Shown here piece after piece: positions 1 to 13,044 of a DNA stretch of 64,000 bases. Source of the stretch: Squalus acanthias (Eukaryota); the NCBI GenBank assembly GCA_030390025.1, contig CM059435.1, positions 14,570,001 to 14,634,000 on the forward strand, written 5' to 3'. The notes beneath the pieces were generated by a model, which was not told the origin of the DNA, did not search any database, and saw nothing but the letters and a program-made list of their open reading frames with translations. Position 1 is the first letter of the stretch. Each line of letters begins with the position of its first letter. The translations under genes were made by a program, and so were the position numbers.

Positions 1-1953
1 TTCAGTGTAAAGTCACCTCATACTGGTTTAAAGTTACATCAAGTGCAGTAAAATCCTACCTTTAGTCACAACAGAATCTCGATTGCAGTGCATCAAGAAG
101 CTCAAACTTGATATGAAACCCTAAAAATTCCTCGCAAATCTGTACAATTTATACTGGACAATGTATAAATTTTGAAAACTTTTATTCCTGTTGCAGCCAT
201 GGAAGGAGCCAAGTTATGCTGATGAATCCAATCAGACTGAATCAATCCAAACCATTCACCACTCAGACCATTGTAGAAACTGAATTCTTTTCACAAAAAA
301 CTGAAAATTCACTTCAGCAAAACCTTTATTCAAAAGGAAAGGCACTATAGTTGAACAGGACTGGAAAATTCCACTTGCTACCCACCAGAAGTGGGTAATT
401 TTCCAACTCAAACTTAGAAAAAAAAAGCCATTTCCAGTTCTTCCAAACAATCAATTTACTTCTCCCTCCATATCCAATGCTTCAACAGTGAAGTCAGACA
501 AACGGGAACAGGTATAATGGCATCAAAAAAAGGTCTGAGTCTTCAACTCCTTGCTGCCCATTGTACCTTTGCCCTTGTAACTTCAGTAATAAATCTGTGC
601 AGCATGGCAATCATGTGCCTTATTTAGATTCTAATTCAGCTAAGCCAAAATATCTGCTTGGAACATTAAATGATTAGAGCTCTGCTGCTACACCAAGACT
701 CCAAGTTGGCCAAGATTCACTAAATATCTAGATCCAAACCAATCAGAATCCAAATCACCAAACATACATGGGGTTTCACTCAAATCCCACATGCAAAGAA
801 AAATGGCTACCTTCCCCCAACCACTTTTCTACCCAACCGTAGCCGGTCAGACCCTTTGCAGCAGGTTTTCCCTATTTAACTTCCAATTATGTGGGAAACA
901 GACACAACCGTATACATATAAACATCTCTGTATAAACTATTTATAATCTCTACTCTTTGGATCAATATATGTCCGACATTAAATACGGCATTAGTCATTA
1001 TTTAGGTTTCAACTTCACCAACTAAAACTTCTGGTTTCCATGCCGATAATGTAGCTTAAGTGAATTTTAAAAATAAATTCTACCTGCTAATTGGTGAGCA
1101 ACTTCCAGCAGCATTACTCAGCAATGTTGCTCAATGGTAATGGACTTTTAACGAATGTGTGCAGTGTACACACAAACTTTTAAAAATAGATATTCAGTGC
1201 AGCCAACCAAGGTCACTCGCTGTTGCAGTCTCCGGAAAAGCAGGCTGAACGGCATAACATTCTCAAATACATACATGTTCCCTTCAGGAGTCTTATCAAT
1301 TTAAAATTAAAAAAACAAATCCTAATAAATCATTAACCTAATTGCTGCTGCAGTTAACAAACTTAAAAGTGCAATGGTTTTGAAATTTGTGTAGCCCCAC
1401 ACTAGGCACTTTACTTTTGTAAAGTTTATTTTCAGTAATCTCTCATTGAACTTTCACTTTTTTTTAAAAAAAACCTGGTTAAAAACTGCGGTCTGGATGA
1501 TAACTTGCCTAAAGACTTCCAACTGCGCAAACAGGGTGTACTGCAAACTCCTGACTGCATAAAATAGCCCATAACTCAGATGAAATCAAGGGCCCCACTG
1601 CAGGGGGCTTGGTATAAATTGTTAAGTGGCAATATTTCAGTGAGTGAACATACAGAGCACGAGTTATGATTACATTCACTTATTTCAATGAGTACAACTT
1701 ATCTTTGGATAATTATACAAAGCAAAGAACACACCACACTTCCCCACATTAGTAGGTTGACTTACTTGGCTTAAACAGTTCCAGCATTTCTGACTTAGAG
1801 CCTGTTTAAACCTTTCACAGCTCTGTTTAAAAGTCTCATTGCCCTGGCAGCATTCTTGCACTAAAAAGCTTATCTCTCTCTCCAACTCCCATGTGTACAA
1901 AATAATTCCCAATACAATGGGTGTGAGATGTTTTCTGATTACCTAGACAAGCT

Positions 1954-2700
1954 CTTCTTAGGCAGACCCTCGGAACCGAGGATGACTTGCTTCCACACTA
2001 AAAATGAGTTCTCAGGTGACAGAGGAGTCCAATGCAGGACCTACAGTCTCTGTCACAGGTGGGGCAGACGGTGGTTGAAGGGGCGGGTGGGTGGGGTGCT
2101 TGGGTTGACGTGCACTCCTTCCGCAGTTTGCGCTTGGCTTCCGCTTGCTCCCAGCGAAGAGACTCGAGGTGTTCGGCGCCTTCCCGGATGCTTCTCCTCC
2201 ACTTTGTGCGTTCTTGGGCCAGGGATTCCCAGGTGTCGGTGGGGATGTTACACTTTTTCAAGGAGGCTTTGAGGGTGTCCTTGAAGCGTTTCCTCTGCCC
2301 ACCTGGGGCTCTCTTGCCGTGCCGGAGCTCCGAGTAGAGCGCTCGTTTTGGGAGTCTCGTAATCGGGCATGCGGACAATGTGACCTGTCCATCGGAGCTG
2401 ATCGAGCGTGGTCAAAGCTTCGATGCTGGGGATGTTGGCCTGAGCAAGAACACAGACGTTGGTGCGCTTATCCTGCCAATGGATTGGCAGGATCTTGCGG
2501 AGGTAGTGTTGGTGGTACCTCTCCAGTGCTTTGAGGTGCCTGCTGTACATGGTCCATGTCTCTGAAGCATACAGCAGGGCGGGTATCACTACTGCTCTGT
2601 AGACCATGAGCTTAGTGCCGGGTTTGAGGTCCTGGTTTTCAAACACTCTCTTTCTCAGGCGACCGAAGGCTGCACTGGCACACTGAAGGCGGTGTTGGAC
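1954..2700 (-). mobile_element. 5'-truncated RTE-clade LINE
   Basis: ORFs 2248-2646 and 1998-2378 (one frameshift) give LLYASETW, LRWTGHIVRM, RLPK.ALYSEL, GGQRKRFKD and a C-terminal CxxC..HxxxH; short AAG tail; TSD ctagacaagct at 1943-1953 and 2704-2714. Confidence 0.9.
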
Positions 2701-2765
2701 TAGCTAGACAAGCTAACAAATTGCTTACTGTTGAGTCACGGAGGAGAACAACTGCCATTTAGCAT

Positions 2766-3941
2766 ACAACAACAACTTGTATTTATATAGCGCCTTTAAC
2801 ATAGTAAAACGTCCCAAAGCGCTTCACAGGAGTATTACAAGACAAAAAATTTGACACCAAGCCACATAAGGAAAAATGAGGGCAGTGGTCAAAGAGGTAG
2901 GTTTTAAGGAGCGTCTTAAAGGAGGAAAGAGGTGGCGAGGCAGAGCTTTAGGGAGGGAACTTTGGAGCTCAGGCCCTAGGCAACAGAAGGCACGACCACC
3001 AATGGTTGAGCGATTATAATCTGGGATGCTCAAGAGGGCAGAATTAGAGGAGCTCTGAGTAGAGCGCTTGTTTTGGGAGTCTTGCATCGGGCATGCGGAC
3101 AATGTGACCTGTCCATCGGAGCTGATCAAGCGTGGTCAAAGCTTCGATACTTTGATTGGGTGGGGGGGGGTGGTTGTGAGGCTGGAGGAGATACAGAGAT
3201 AGGGAGGGGCAATGCCACGGGAGGGATTTGAAAACAAGGCTGAGAATTTTGAAATTGAGGCATTGCTTAACCGGGAGCCAATGTAGGTCAGCGAGCACAG
3301 GGGTGATGGGTGAATGGGAATTGGTGCGATTTAGGACATGGGCAGCCGAGTTTTGGATGACTTCAAGTTTACGTAGGGTAAAACGTGGGAGGCCAGCCAG
3401 GAGTGCATTGGAATAGTCATGTCTAGAGGTAACAAAGGCATGGATGAGGGTTTCAGCAGCGGATGAGCTGAGGCAAGGACGGAGATGGGAAATGTTACGG
3501 TGGTGGAAATAGGCGGTCATTTCAGGGTTAAATAGTAATAGGAAGCTCATTTCAGGGTCAAATATGACACCAAGGTTGCGAACAGTGTGGTTCAGACTTA
3601 GACAGATGTTAGGCAGAGTGATGGAGTCAGTGGCTAGGGAATGGAGTTTGTGGCAGGGACGGAAAACAATTGCTTCGGTCTTCCCAATACTTAGGTGGAG
3701 AAAACTTCTGCTCACCCAGAACTGGATGTCACTGACAAGTTAGAGACCGTGGTGGGGTCAAGAGAGGTGGTGATGGTGGTGGTGAAGTAGAGCTGTGTGT
3801 TGTCAGCATACATGTGTAAACTGGCGGATGATGTCGCCGAGGGGCAGCATGCAGATGAGAAATAGGAGGGGGCCAAAGGTAGATCCTTGGGGGATCCCAG
3901 CGGTAACGATGCGGGAGCGGGAATTGCAGGTGATTCTCTGG
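2766..3941 (-). mobile_element. L2-clade LINE 3' part, containing an RTE fragment at 3049-3151
   Basis: [35 protein letters not shown] and ITPVLADLHWLPV motifs; 3' end GGCGCTATATAAATACAAGTTGTTGTTG. Confidence 0.9.
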
Positions 3942-4013
3942 ATTTAACACACTGCATTCCAAACTTGCCCGTGTGTGCTGCAATTTTAATTCCCGGGTTT
4001 TCGGGAATATCGA

Positions 4014-7000
4014 GTCTGTCTTAGAGGCTGAACCAGACTGTTCAAAACTTGGTGTCATATTTGACCCCGAGATGAGCTTCCTACCACATATCCACACCAC
4101 CACGAGGACCGCCTATTCCCATCTCCGTAACATCACACGACTCCGCTCCTGCCTCAGCTCATCTGCCGCTGAAACCCTCATCCATGCCTTTAATACCTCT
4201 ATACTTGACTACGCCAACATACTCCTGGCCGGCCTCCCATTTTTTTTTTATTATTATTCGTTCCAGGATGTGGGCGTCGCAGGCAAGGCCAGCATTTATT
4301 GCCCATCCCTAATTGCCCTCGAGAAGGTGGTCTTGAACCGCTGCAGTCCTTGTGGTGAAGGTACTCCCAACAGTGCTGTTTAGGTAGGGAGTTCCAGGAT
4401 TTTGACCCAGCAACGATGAAGGAACAGCGATATATTTCCAAGTCAGGATGGTGTATGACTTGGAGGGGAACTTGCAGGTGATGGTGTTCCCATGCGCCTG
4501 CTGCCCTTGTCCTTCTAAGGTGGAAAAGGTCACAGGTTTAGGAGGTGCTGCCAAAGAAGCCTTGGCGAGTTGCTGCAGTACATCTTATAGATGGTACACA
4601 CTGCAACCACGCGCCAGTGGTGGAGGAAGTGAATGGTGAAGGTGGTGGATGGGGTACCTATCAAGCGGGCTGCTTTGTCCTGGATGGTGTCGAGTTTCTT
4701 GAGTGTTGTTGGAGCTACACTCATCCAAGCAAGTGGAGAGTATTCCATCACACTCCTTACTTGTGCCTTGTAGATAGTGGAAAGGCTTTGGGGAGTCAGG
4801 AGGTGAGACACTTGCCACAGAATAGCCAGTCTCTGACCTGCTCTTGTTGCCACTGTATTTATGTGGCTGGTCCAGTTAAGTTTCTGGTCAATGGTGACCC
4901 CTAGTATGTTGATGGTGGAGGCTTTGTCGATGGTAATGCCGTTGAATGTCAAGGGGAGGTGATTAGACCATTGCTTGTTGGAGATAGTCATTACCTAGCA
5001 CTTGTGTGAAGTGAATGTGACTTGCCACTTATCAACCCAAGCCTCACTTATCAGCCCAAGCCTGAATGCCATCCAGGTCTTGCTGCATGCGGGTATGGAC
5101 TGCTTCATTTTCTGAGGAGTTGCGAATGGAACGGAACGCTGTGCAATCATCAGCTAACATCCCCACTTCTGACCTTATGATGGAGGGATGGTCATTGATG
5201 AAGCAGCTGAAGATGGTTGGGTCTAGGACACTGCCCCGAGGAACTCCTGCAGCGATGTCCTGGGGCTGAGATGATTGACCTCCAACTACCACAACCATCT
5301 TCCTTTGTGCTAGGTATGACTCCATCCAGTGGAGAGTTTTCCCCATGATGCCCATTGACTTCAGTTTTACTAGGGCTCCTTGATGCCACACTCGGTCAAA
5401 TGCTGCCTTGATGTCAAGGGCCATCACTCTCACCTCACCTCACCTCTGGCTGCTGCTGATGGCCCACAGCGTCTCATGGATGTCCACTTTTGAGCAGCTA
5501 GATCTGTTCGGAATCTATCCCATTTAGCATGCTGGTACTGCTACACAACACGATCGAGGGTGTCTTCAGTGTGAAGATGGGACTGTGCGGTGGTAAATGT
5601 TGGATGGATGCATTTGCGACAAGTAGACTGGTGAGGACGAGGTCAAGTAGATTTTTCCCCTCGTGTTGGTTCTCTCACCACCTGCCGCAGGCTCAGTCTG
5701 GCAGCTATGTCCTTCAGGACTCTGCCAGCTCGATCAGTAGTGGTGCTACCAAGCCACTCTTGGTGATGGACATTGAAGTCCCCCACCCAGAGTACATTCT
5801 GTGCCCATGCTACCCTCAGTGCTTCTTCCAAGTGGTGTTCAACATGGAGGAGTACTGATTCATCAGCTGAGGGAGGGCGGTAGGTGGTAAACAGCAGGAG
5901 GTTTACTTGCCTATGTTTGACCTGAAGCCATGAGACTTCATGGGGTCTGGAGTCAATGTTGAGGACTCCCAGGACCACTCCCTCCCGACTGTATACCACT
6001 ATGCCACCAACCCTGGTGGGTCTGTCCTGCCAGTAGGACAGGACATACCTAGGGATGGTGATGGAGGAGTCTGGGACATTGGCTGAGAGGTAGGATTCTG
6101 TGAGTAGGACTAGGTCAGGCTGTTGCTTGACTAGTCTGTGGGACAGCTCTCCCAATTTTGGCACTGTCACCAGATGTTAGTGAGAAGGACTTTGCAGGGT
6201 CGCCTGGGCTGGTTGTGCCGTTGTCGTGTCCGAAGCCGGTGCCGAGGTCAATGCCGAGTGTCCATCCGGTTTTATTCTTATTATTGTTTCTTGTAGCGGT
6301 TTGTTACAACTTACAAATTGGCTTGCTGGGCTATTTCAGAGGGCAGTTAAGAGTCAACCACATTGCTGTGGGTCTGGCATCACGTATAGGCAAGACCAGG
6401 TAAGGACGGTAGACTTCCTTCCCTAAAGGACATTAGTGAACGAGATGAGTTTTACAACAATCTGGTAGTTTCATGGTCACCATTACTGACACTAGCTTTT
6501 TATTCCAGATTTATTTAATTAACTGAATTTAAATTCCTCAGCTGCCGGATAGTTTCTACCCTCTGTAAACTTAAGTCATCCAACACTTTGCTGCCCGTGT
6601 CCTAACTCGCACCAAGTCCTGTTCACCTATCACCCCTGTGCTCACTGACCGATGTTGGCTCCCGTTAAGCAATGCCTCGATTTTAAAATTCTCATCCTTG
6701 TTTTGAGGGAAAAGGGAATAGAGGGTTATGCTGATAAAATTAGATGGGGAAAGATGGGAGGAGGCTCAAGTGGAGCATAAACACCAGCATGGACTGGTTG
6801 GACCTGTTTCTGTGCTGTATACCCTATGTAATCCCAATGTAACCCTATGTTTTCAAATCCCTCCATGGCCTCACCCATCCCTATCTCTGTGACCTCCTCC
6901 AGCACTACAACCCTCCAAGATATCTGCCCTCCTCCAATTCTGGCCTCTTGAGCATTCCCGATTTTAATTGCTCCATCATTGGCAGCTATGCCATCAGCTG

Positions 7001-7218
7001 CCAAGGCTCTGGAATTTCCTCCCTAAACCTCTCCACCTCTCGTTCCTACTTGAAGACGCTCCTTAAAACTTACCTCTTTGGCCAAGCTTTTGGTCATCTG
7101 TCCTAATATCTCCTTATGTGGCTTGGTGTCAAATTTTGTTTGATAACACGCCTGTGAAGTGCCTTGGGATGTTTTACTATGTTAAAGGTGCTATATAAAT
7201 ACAAGTTCCTGTTGTTGT
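4014..7218 (+). mobile_element. L2-clade LINE 3' part split into pieces (4014-4240, 6550-6704, 6848-7218) by later insertions
   Basis: LGVIFDPEMSF..ETLIHAF..LLAGLP continues after 6550 and ends in the same L2 tail; a CR1 3' tail is inserted at ~6705-6847. Confidence 0.85.
4241..6546 (-). mobile_element. CR1-group-like LINE (endonuclease + RT, no ORF1 seen), internally deleted
   Basis: Endonuclease ORF 5643-6170 (LTESYL, YRPPS, VGDFNVHH); RT ORFs 5044-5433 (ALDIKAAFDRVWH, GVPRGSVL, LADD) and 4530-4991; 3' tail GGGCAATAAATGCTGGCC..(AAT)n. Confidence 0.85.
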
Positions 7219-9194
7219 GCTTTCTCTAAAGCCTCACTATCCTTCCTAAGGTGTAGAGTCCAAGTCTGAACACAGTACTCTAACTGAGATCTTATTATGG
7301 TTTCCTACATTACAACAGTGACTACATTTCAAAAGTACTTAATTGGATGTAAAGCACTTTGGGACGTCCTGAGGTCATGAAAGGCGCTATATAAATGCAA
7401 GTATTTCTTTTATATAGCTTCATCGTTGCCTCTTGGCTTTTATATTCTATACCTCTTGAGATTTGAGCTAGTTACTATAAATCTCAACAGCTTACATCAA
7501 TTCGCTGGAAGACTTAGAAATATAAATTTATCCTTTTCCAGTACTGCTGGCACCTTGTAACTAAGCTGCATTTGTAAAAATAACAGAAACTAATCTGGTA
7601 ATTTTAGATTAGCATTACTATAATATGATGATTGTAGATGCAAGGCTTCTCAAAGCTGGCATTTTTACCTGGCAATGTATGCTGCTTTAAAAAAAAATTC
7701 TGTTTTCAGTAGGTTTTTAAACAATTATTACACAAACATATCCATTTATTTGATTAAACTTAAATTTTTCATTTTTTCCAACCACTGCACAAAAGCGAAT
7801 ATGGTTTTAATTTTAAAAGCTGTTGTGAATTATCTTCATCAGGGACTCTGGTGATTTAATGCAGCTGTGAGGTAGACCATCAGAGAAACTTCATATGGCA
7901 TGAATCACCACAATCCTGCCAGCAATTTACATGCACTCAAACCAGGGGTCTACAATACGCCTAAATCTTGGAATTTTCATTACACCTTTCAGCATAAACA
8001 CTTTCATCTTTCAAACTGATGAGAAATTCTGTAAAAAAAAATATAATTAAACAGTTTACGAACATGATACCAGGAACATTTTGTTCTCAAGACTATTCCC
8101 CTGGTAACTCTGAAACAGTGAAGTCTGTAACACTGGCACGTACTTTTAGCTCAACACAAACTACTGCTACAGCTCTCAAACCTTTAACTCTTTTGCTGAC
8201 AGAACCTATAGCACAGATTTCAGTCAGATGACTCTCGGACAGCATCAAACGATATTTAGGTCGGGATAGCTCCTCCCCTTTTGTGTAATTATTATAATGT
8301 CGCATCCATGTGGAATTCTGGGAATTAAAAACATATGAAATGGGCGCTTCAAAAGACTTTCAACTAAAATAGAACACAGTTCCACAGCAAACAAAAGCAG
8401 GACTTCAGAAGTCAGGCTGCAAAGCGCTCATGACTCAGTGCCATATGGAGAGGGTTATAATTAATGCAACAAACCGATGAAGGGGTGAAAATGCTTTTAA
8501 ATGAAGGCGGTGAGGGTGTGGAAAGTTGAATACGAGTCATTAATGATCTCCTTCTGCCTTATGATCCTGCACACACCCTCCACTCCTCCAACAATGCATT
8601 TCTCGCTCCCTCTGCACCACCCCAAGTCCCACTTAGCATAACCCTTAGCTGCAAGAATTCGACTTTTATTTTGAAGCATAAAATAAGTTGGAGGCAGTCT
8701 GATGCACTCCCCATTTTGTGCCATAGTTTTCATTGTTCCAACAGCACTCAACTGTTTCCCTCGATGAAGACTGGCCTAAAATACTTTATTAGTGAACTAC
8801 AATCTCAATTGTGTACACCTCTAATATGGAAGGTTGAGGCGGATCTCCTTATGGGGTTAAACATTAAGTATCCATCTCCCTCGTCCTGAAAGCAGATTCT
8901 TTTCCCTACAATAAATAATTGCAATGGGTATTTTTAAAAAACAAAGAAAATCTAATGTATCTTCAAGGATCAGCCTTTGGTGACTACTGTATTCTTTGTG
9001 GTTCAGATCTAAAGGAGAAAAAGGGGTGAAAATGCTGGACGCAAAGGTTAGCATTGTTGCTAGAAGAACAGTCAACAGTACCATTGTGCTACACTCTGCG
9101 CCCAAAACTTGTTCAACTTCAAGCAGAACAGCACTCCTATCATCCTGTAAGCAGCGGCAGTAAAAACAATATGCCTTTATATAGCACTCCTCAT

Positions 9195-9705
9195 AGTACA
9201 GCACAGGAATAGGCCATTCAGCCCAACAGATCCATGCCGGTGTTTATGCACCACATGAGCCTCCTCCCACCCAACTTCATCTAACCCCATCAACATATCC
9301 TTCAATTCCTTTCTCCCTCATGTGTTTATCTAGCTTCCCCTTATATGCATCTATGCTAGTCGCCTCAACTACTCCCTGTGGTAGCGAGTTCCACATTCTC
9401 ACCACTCTCTGGGTAAAGAAGTTCTCCTGAATTCCCTATTGGATTTATGAGTGACTCTCTTATATTTATGGCCCCTGGTTCTGGTCTCTGGCACAAATGC
9501 AAATATCTTCTCTACGTCTACCTTATCAAACCCTTTCATAATCTTGAAGACCTCTATCAGGTCTCCCCTCAGTCTTCTCTTTTCTGGAGAAACGAGCCCC
9601 AGCCTGTTCAATCTTCCCTGATAGGTATAACCTCTCAGATCTGGTATCATACTAGTAAATTTGTTTCTCCAGTGCCTCTACATCCTTTTTTATAATGAGA
9701 CCAGA
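9195..9705 (-). mobile_element. CR1 LINE 3' fragment
   Basis: ORF 9399-9650 reads RLGL..EKRRLRGDLIEVFKIMKG..TRGHKYK, followed by a CR1 3' UTR. Confidence 0.85.
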
Positions 9706-9780
9706 TATGCAGGAAAACTTCTCAGAGTTCTCATTAGGAGGACAAGGATACAGGGGACACTGAACATGAAATGGGGAAGA

Positions 9781-10140
9781 GAAGTGTACTCACTGTTGTA
9801 ACATAGGAAATGCGGCAGCCAGTTTGCGCACAGCAATGTGATAATGACCAGATAATCTGTTTTAGTGATGCTGATTGAGGGATAAATATTGGCCAGGACA
9901 CTGGGGATAACTCCCCATGTCTTGGTCGAAATAGTGCCGTGGGATCTTTTATGTCCACTTGAGAGAGCAGAGTGGTTAAATGTCTCATCCAAAAGACAGC
10001 ACCTCTGACAGTGCAGCACTCCCTCCGTACTGCACTGGAGCGTCAGCCTAGATTTTTGTGCTCAAGTCTCTGGAGTGGGACTTGACCCCACAACCTTCTG
10101 ACTCAGAGGCGAGAGTGCTACCAACTGAGCCACAGCTGAC
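9781..10140 (-). mobile_element. tRNA-headed Deu-domain SINE (SacSINE1-like)
   Basis: Head TGGCTCAGTTGG..GGTCAAGTCCC (A/B boxes); Deu-like core GATCCCACGGCACTATTTCG..GTGTCCTGGCCAATATT. Further pieces at ~7301-7410 (+) and ~26522-26632 (-). Confidence 0.8.
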
Positions 10141-10324
10141 AACAATGTATTGCATTATATTTGATAAAGAAAACCAGCTTGTAAAACTAAGCCCTGAATT
10201 TTTGTTATAGATTCAGAATTGGTAGAAACATATACCAAAGCCACAAAAGTTCAATAAGCTGTTCCTTGGATTCCATTTCTCTTCCTCCTACCCCAACTAA
10301 AACAGGGCAAAACTGTTGGGAGTG

Positions 10325-10620
10325 TTTTCTCCCCTCTGCCTGAAACCATCAACTCGTTGCTGAGGTACAAGGTTCCACAAGTGCCAATCAACCAATGGTG
10401 CCTCAACTAAGTGACCATTCCTTATGTGTGACCCTAGACAGTGATTGTTGACAAGCTATTCAACAAAAGGAGGCATCATAGCCAAGCCCAATTACGTCTT
10501 TATCCAACATCTAGACATCTGCAATTCCAGCAGGGGCAAACTGGATAGCAAATCAGCAGCAAGAGCCTTACCCGGGTTTCCCCTACCTAACCCCAAAGGA
10601 GGGTGGGCAGTTCGAGCACA
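10325..10620 (-). mobile_element. Old AmnSINE2-like SINE
   Basis: GCTATCCAGTTTGCCCCTGCTGGAA..GGGCTTGGCTATGATGCC..CACTGTCTAGGGTCACACAT resembles the AmnSINE2 consensus as recalled; related copies occur elsewhere in the window. Confidence 0.6.
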
Positions 10621-11652
10621 ACCACTGATTTTTAATGGGTTTTCAGTCTTCTGGTAAGTTTACCTTTCTTGATCCATTCACAATTGCTCAAATTGGGCAT
10701 AGAAAATTTTACAGCAAAAGTAAATGAAGTTGCTAGTTGAATTAATTAGAAAACCTGTATTTCTTTTCCATGAGAAGTTTTGAATCCAGTTACTTAATTC
10801 ATACACAGTAATGTCAAAAGCTCACTGGAGCATTCAGCTTCCCTGGCTTGCAGTTGTGGATTAATTTGCTGGTGTTGCTCGGTTAACGCGGTCAAAACCA
10901 AACTACAGTATTGTATAAACTAAAAGGTACTGACGATTCATTCTTAAGATTGCCTTGGTGGTGACAAAAATGGAATTTTGTCTTGGTAGGCATTTTGAAA
11001 AGGTTATAATGGCAGTTATTTCTTTCTCAAGGTTACTATGGTACACAACAGAGGGTTAGGCCGAGGGAAAAGGAAAATTCTTTCGATCAAGAATTAGTTA
11101 ATATAAAAGCACTATTTAATCCAGATTGGGGGCAGCGTACTTAAAATGGAAATGAAAACTGCAAGGTGTCAGCAGCTGAGCAAACACACTGACACCTCTG
11201 CTGTAAATTGGACTTCTCAAAGAAAAAATGTTCACTTCAACCATCTCAAGCCATTAATCCCTTCAATATTGTATTTTAACCACAGGGAAATGGGTGCAAC
11301 TTCTTGACACAGCAACATTAGTATTGTTGTTTTACTATTCAGTTTAACTAAGCTTCATGGACTATCCTATTGTCCAAAGTAAGAAGTACCTTTAAATATG
11401 GACTAGACTGGAGCCCTGGAGTTTTTTTTTAAATTGTCAAGCATGTCTGAAAAAGTTCCATAATGAAAGCACACCCATGTTCCTTACATTCCCATGAAGG
11501 ATGAACCAAAAGACAAGGTTGATGTAGAGCTTCTAGGATTGTTTAATTCGTTAAGACTACAAAAAAAAAAACATTTTCGTATTCATTCTGGTTTTCCAGC
11601 AACATTTCCACTGGACAACAAGACCACCCACTCAAATATGGGCAGGTACAGT

Positions 11653-11787
11653 CAACGTTCCCTGTAATTATTTTTTGAGCCTCGCCGCCCATTCAAAAGT
11701 CCGCGCAAGCGAGGTTTTTCCATTTAAAAGCTGGTGAGCCGGCTGCACGGGACCTCCAGAGTGCTACGCAGCTTAAAGGGAACATTG
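11653..11787. mobile_element. hAT-type MITE
   Basis: Terminal inverted repeats (TIRs) CAACGTTCCCT / AGGGAACATTG; perfect 8-bp TSD ggtacagt at 11645-11652 and 11788-11795. Confidence 0.85.
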
Positions 11788-13044
11788 GGTACAGTTAAAT
11801 GAGGGGATAATGACAATGTGACGTCATACAAGACTCTTACAAGTTTTGGATCTGCCTTATATATTCTCTCAGATATAGCGGCCCTGGTCAATCCAGCGAG
11901 TGGTCGGAGCATCTTATGTTCAGGAGTGTGCCCGTAATGCCCAATATTTAATTATAATATGGTAATCCAGAGGACCCAAATGTGATTGCCACTGGATATT
12001 GTGTCTTTTGCACACCCCCTCATGTGCAATCTCTAATCTTTATGAAGGCAGACTGAAACATTTAGGCGAGGCCAAATACAAATCCTTAGTTGTTAAGAAA
12101 ACTTCACTTGTTTAACTCGATCTCACTTCTCTCCTTGAAAGATTGGGCGGGGCGAAATAAACCACGCATCCCTTCCCTCACCTGACTTGATTGTTTATGG
12201 CACATCTTTCCTTCTAGACAACTTCTAACTGCAAAAACTGATCTCCTGCATTTTAGCTTCCAGCTCCAGGCCAAGGATTGTACCTCATATGTCCTTTGTT
12301 CAAAATCTGACTGCCCCAAAACATGGGTTTTTCCTCTTTGTTAAATTCTGACCACAAGCAGTAGACGGGTGGTCCCACATGAATAGAATTGCCCTCACCT
12401 CAAAGGGTGAGAATATTTGTTGACCAGCCAAGATGAAATAATGAATTGCTTAATGTCCCTGGTGATCCTGGCTAATGAGCCTGGGATGAGACAATAGACC
12501 CTCAATTGTGTCTGAAATAAACTGTAAACTGTGACATTCGAGAAACTGCCTCATCTCATTTCCATGCATACTTCTTCTTAGGCATATCTTCAATGCTGGC
12601 AGCTTTTTTTTTAAAAAATCTGTGCAAATTCATTTTGCTTTTTTTTTAAAAAACATAATTCAATTGCAAAATCTTGGGCATGAAGGAAAAAAAATTCAAA
12701 TTCCTAAAAAGTGAGGTGCAAAATATAGAAATTGTCTGGGTCAAGCAAGCAGAAAAACCACCCCAGCATTCAAATGGGCAGTGGAAATCATGGCAGGAGG
12801 AACATCCCAACTACAGTCTCTAAACTAGTGATATATATGCAAGTACTAATTTCAGAGCTCAATGCATGTATAACAGAAAGATGAACAGCAGAATAAAAAG
12901 AACTAGAAGATCACCAAATTCTAAGGATGTCTTTCCTTTGAAATTCAAGCAGTTTCTTTACACAGGTCAAGTAATCCCTCTGAGCCAGTGAAGCAATCAA
13001 AAGCAGCTCCAGTAAATGGATAAGCATACAGCAGTTATACACTG

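Noticed and set aside
3044-3715. 223-aa ORF as a novel gene
   Set aside because: Fortuitous L2/RTE fusion inside truncated retroelements.
10070-10140. tRNA gene (also ~36235-36300 and ~20041-20130)
   Set aside because: These are SINE heads continuous with SINE bodies, without a full cloverleaf or terminator.
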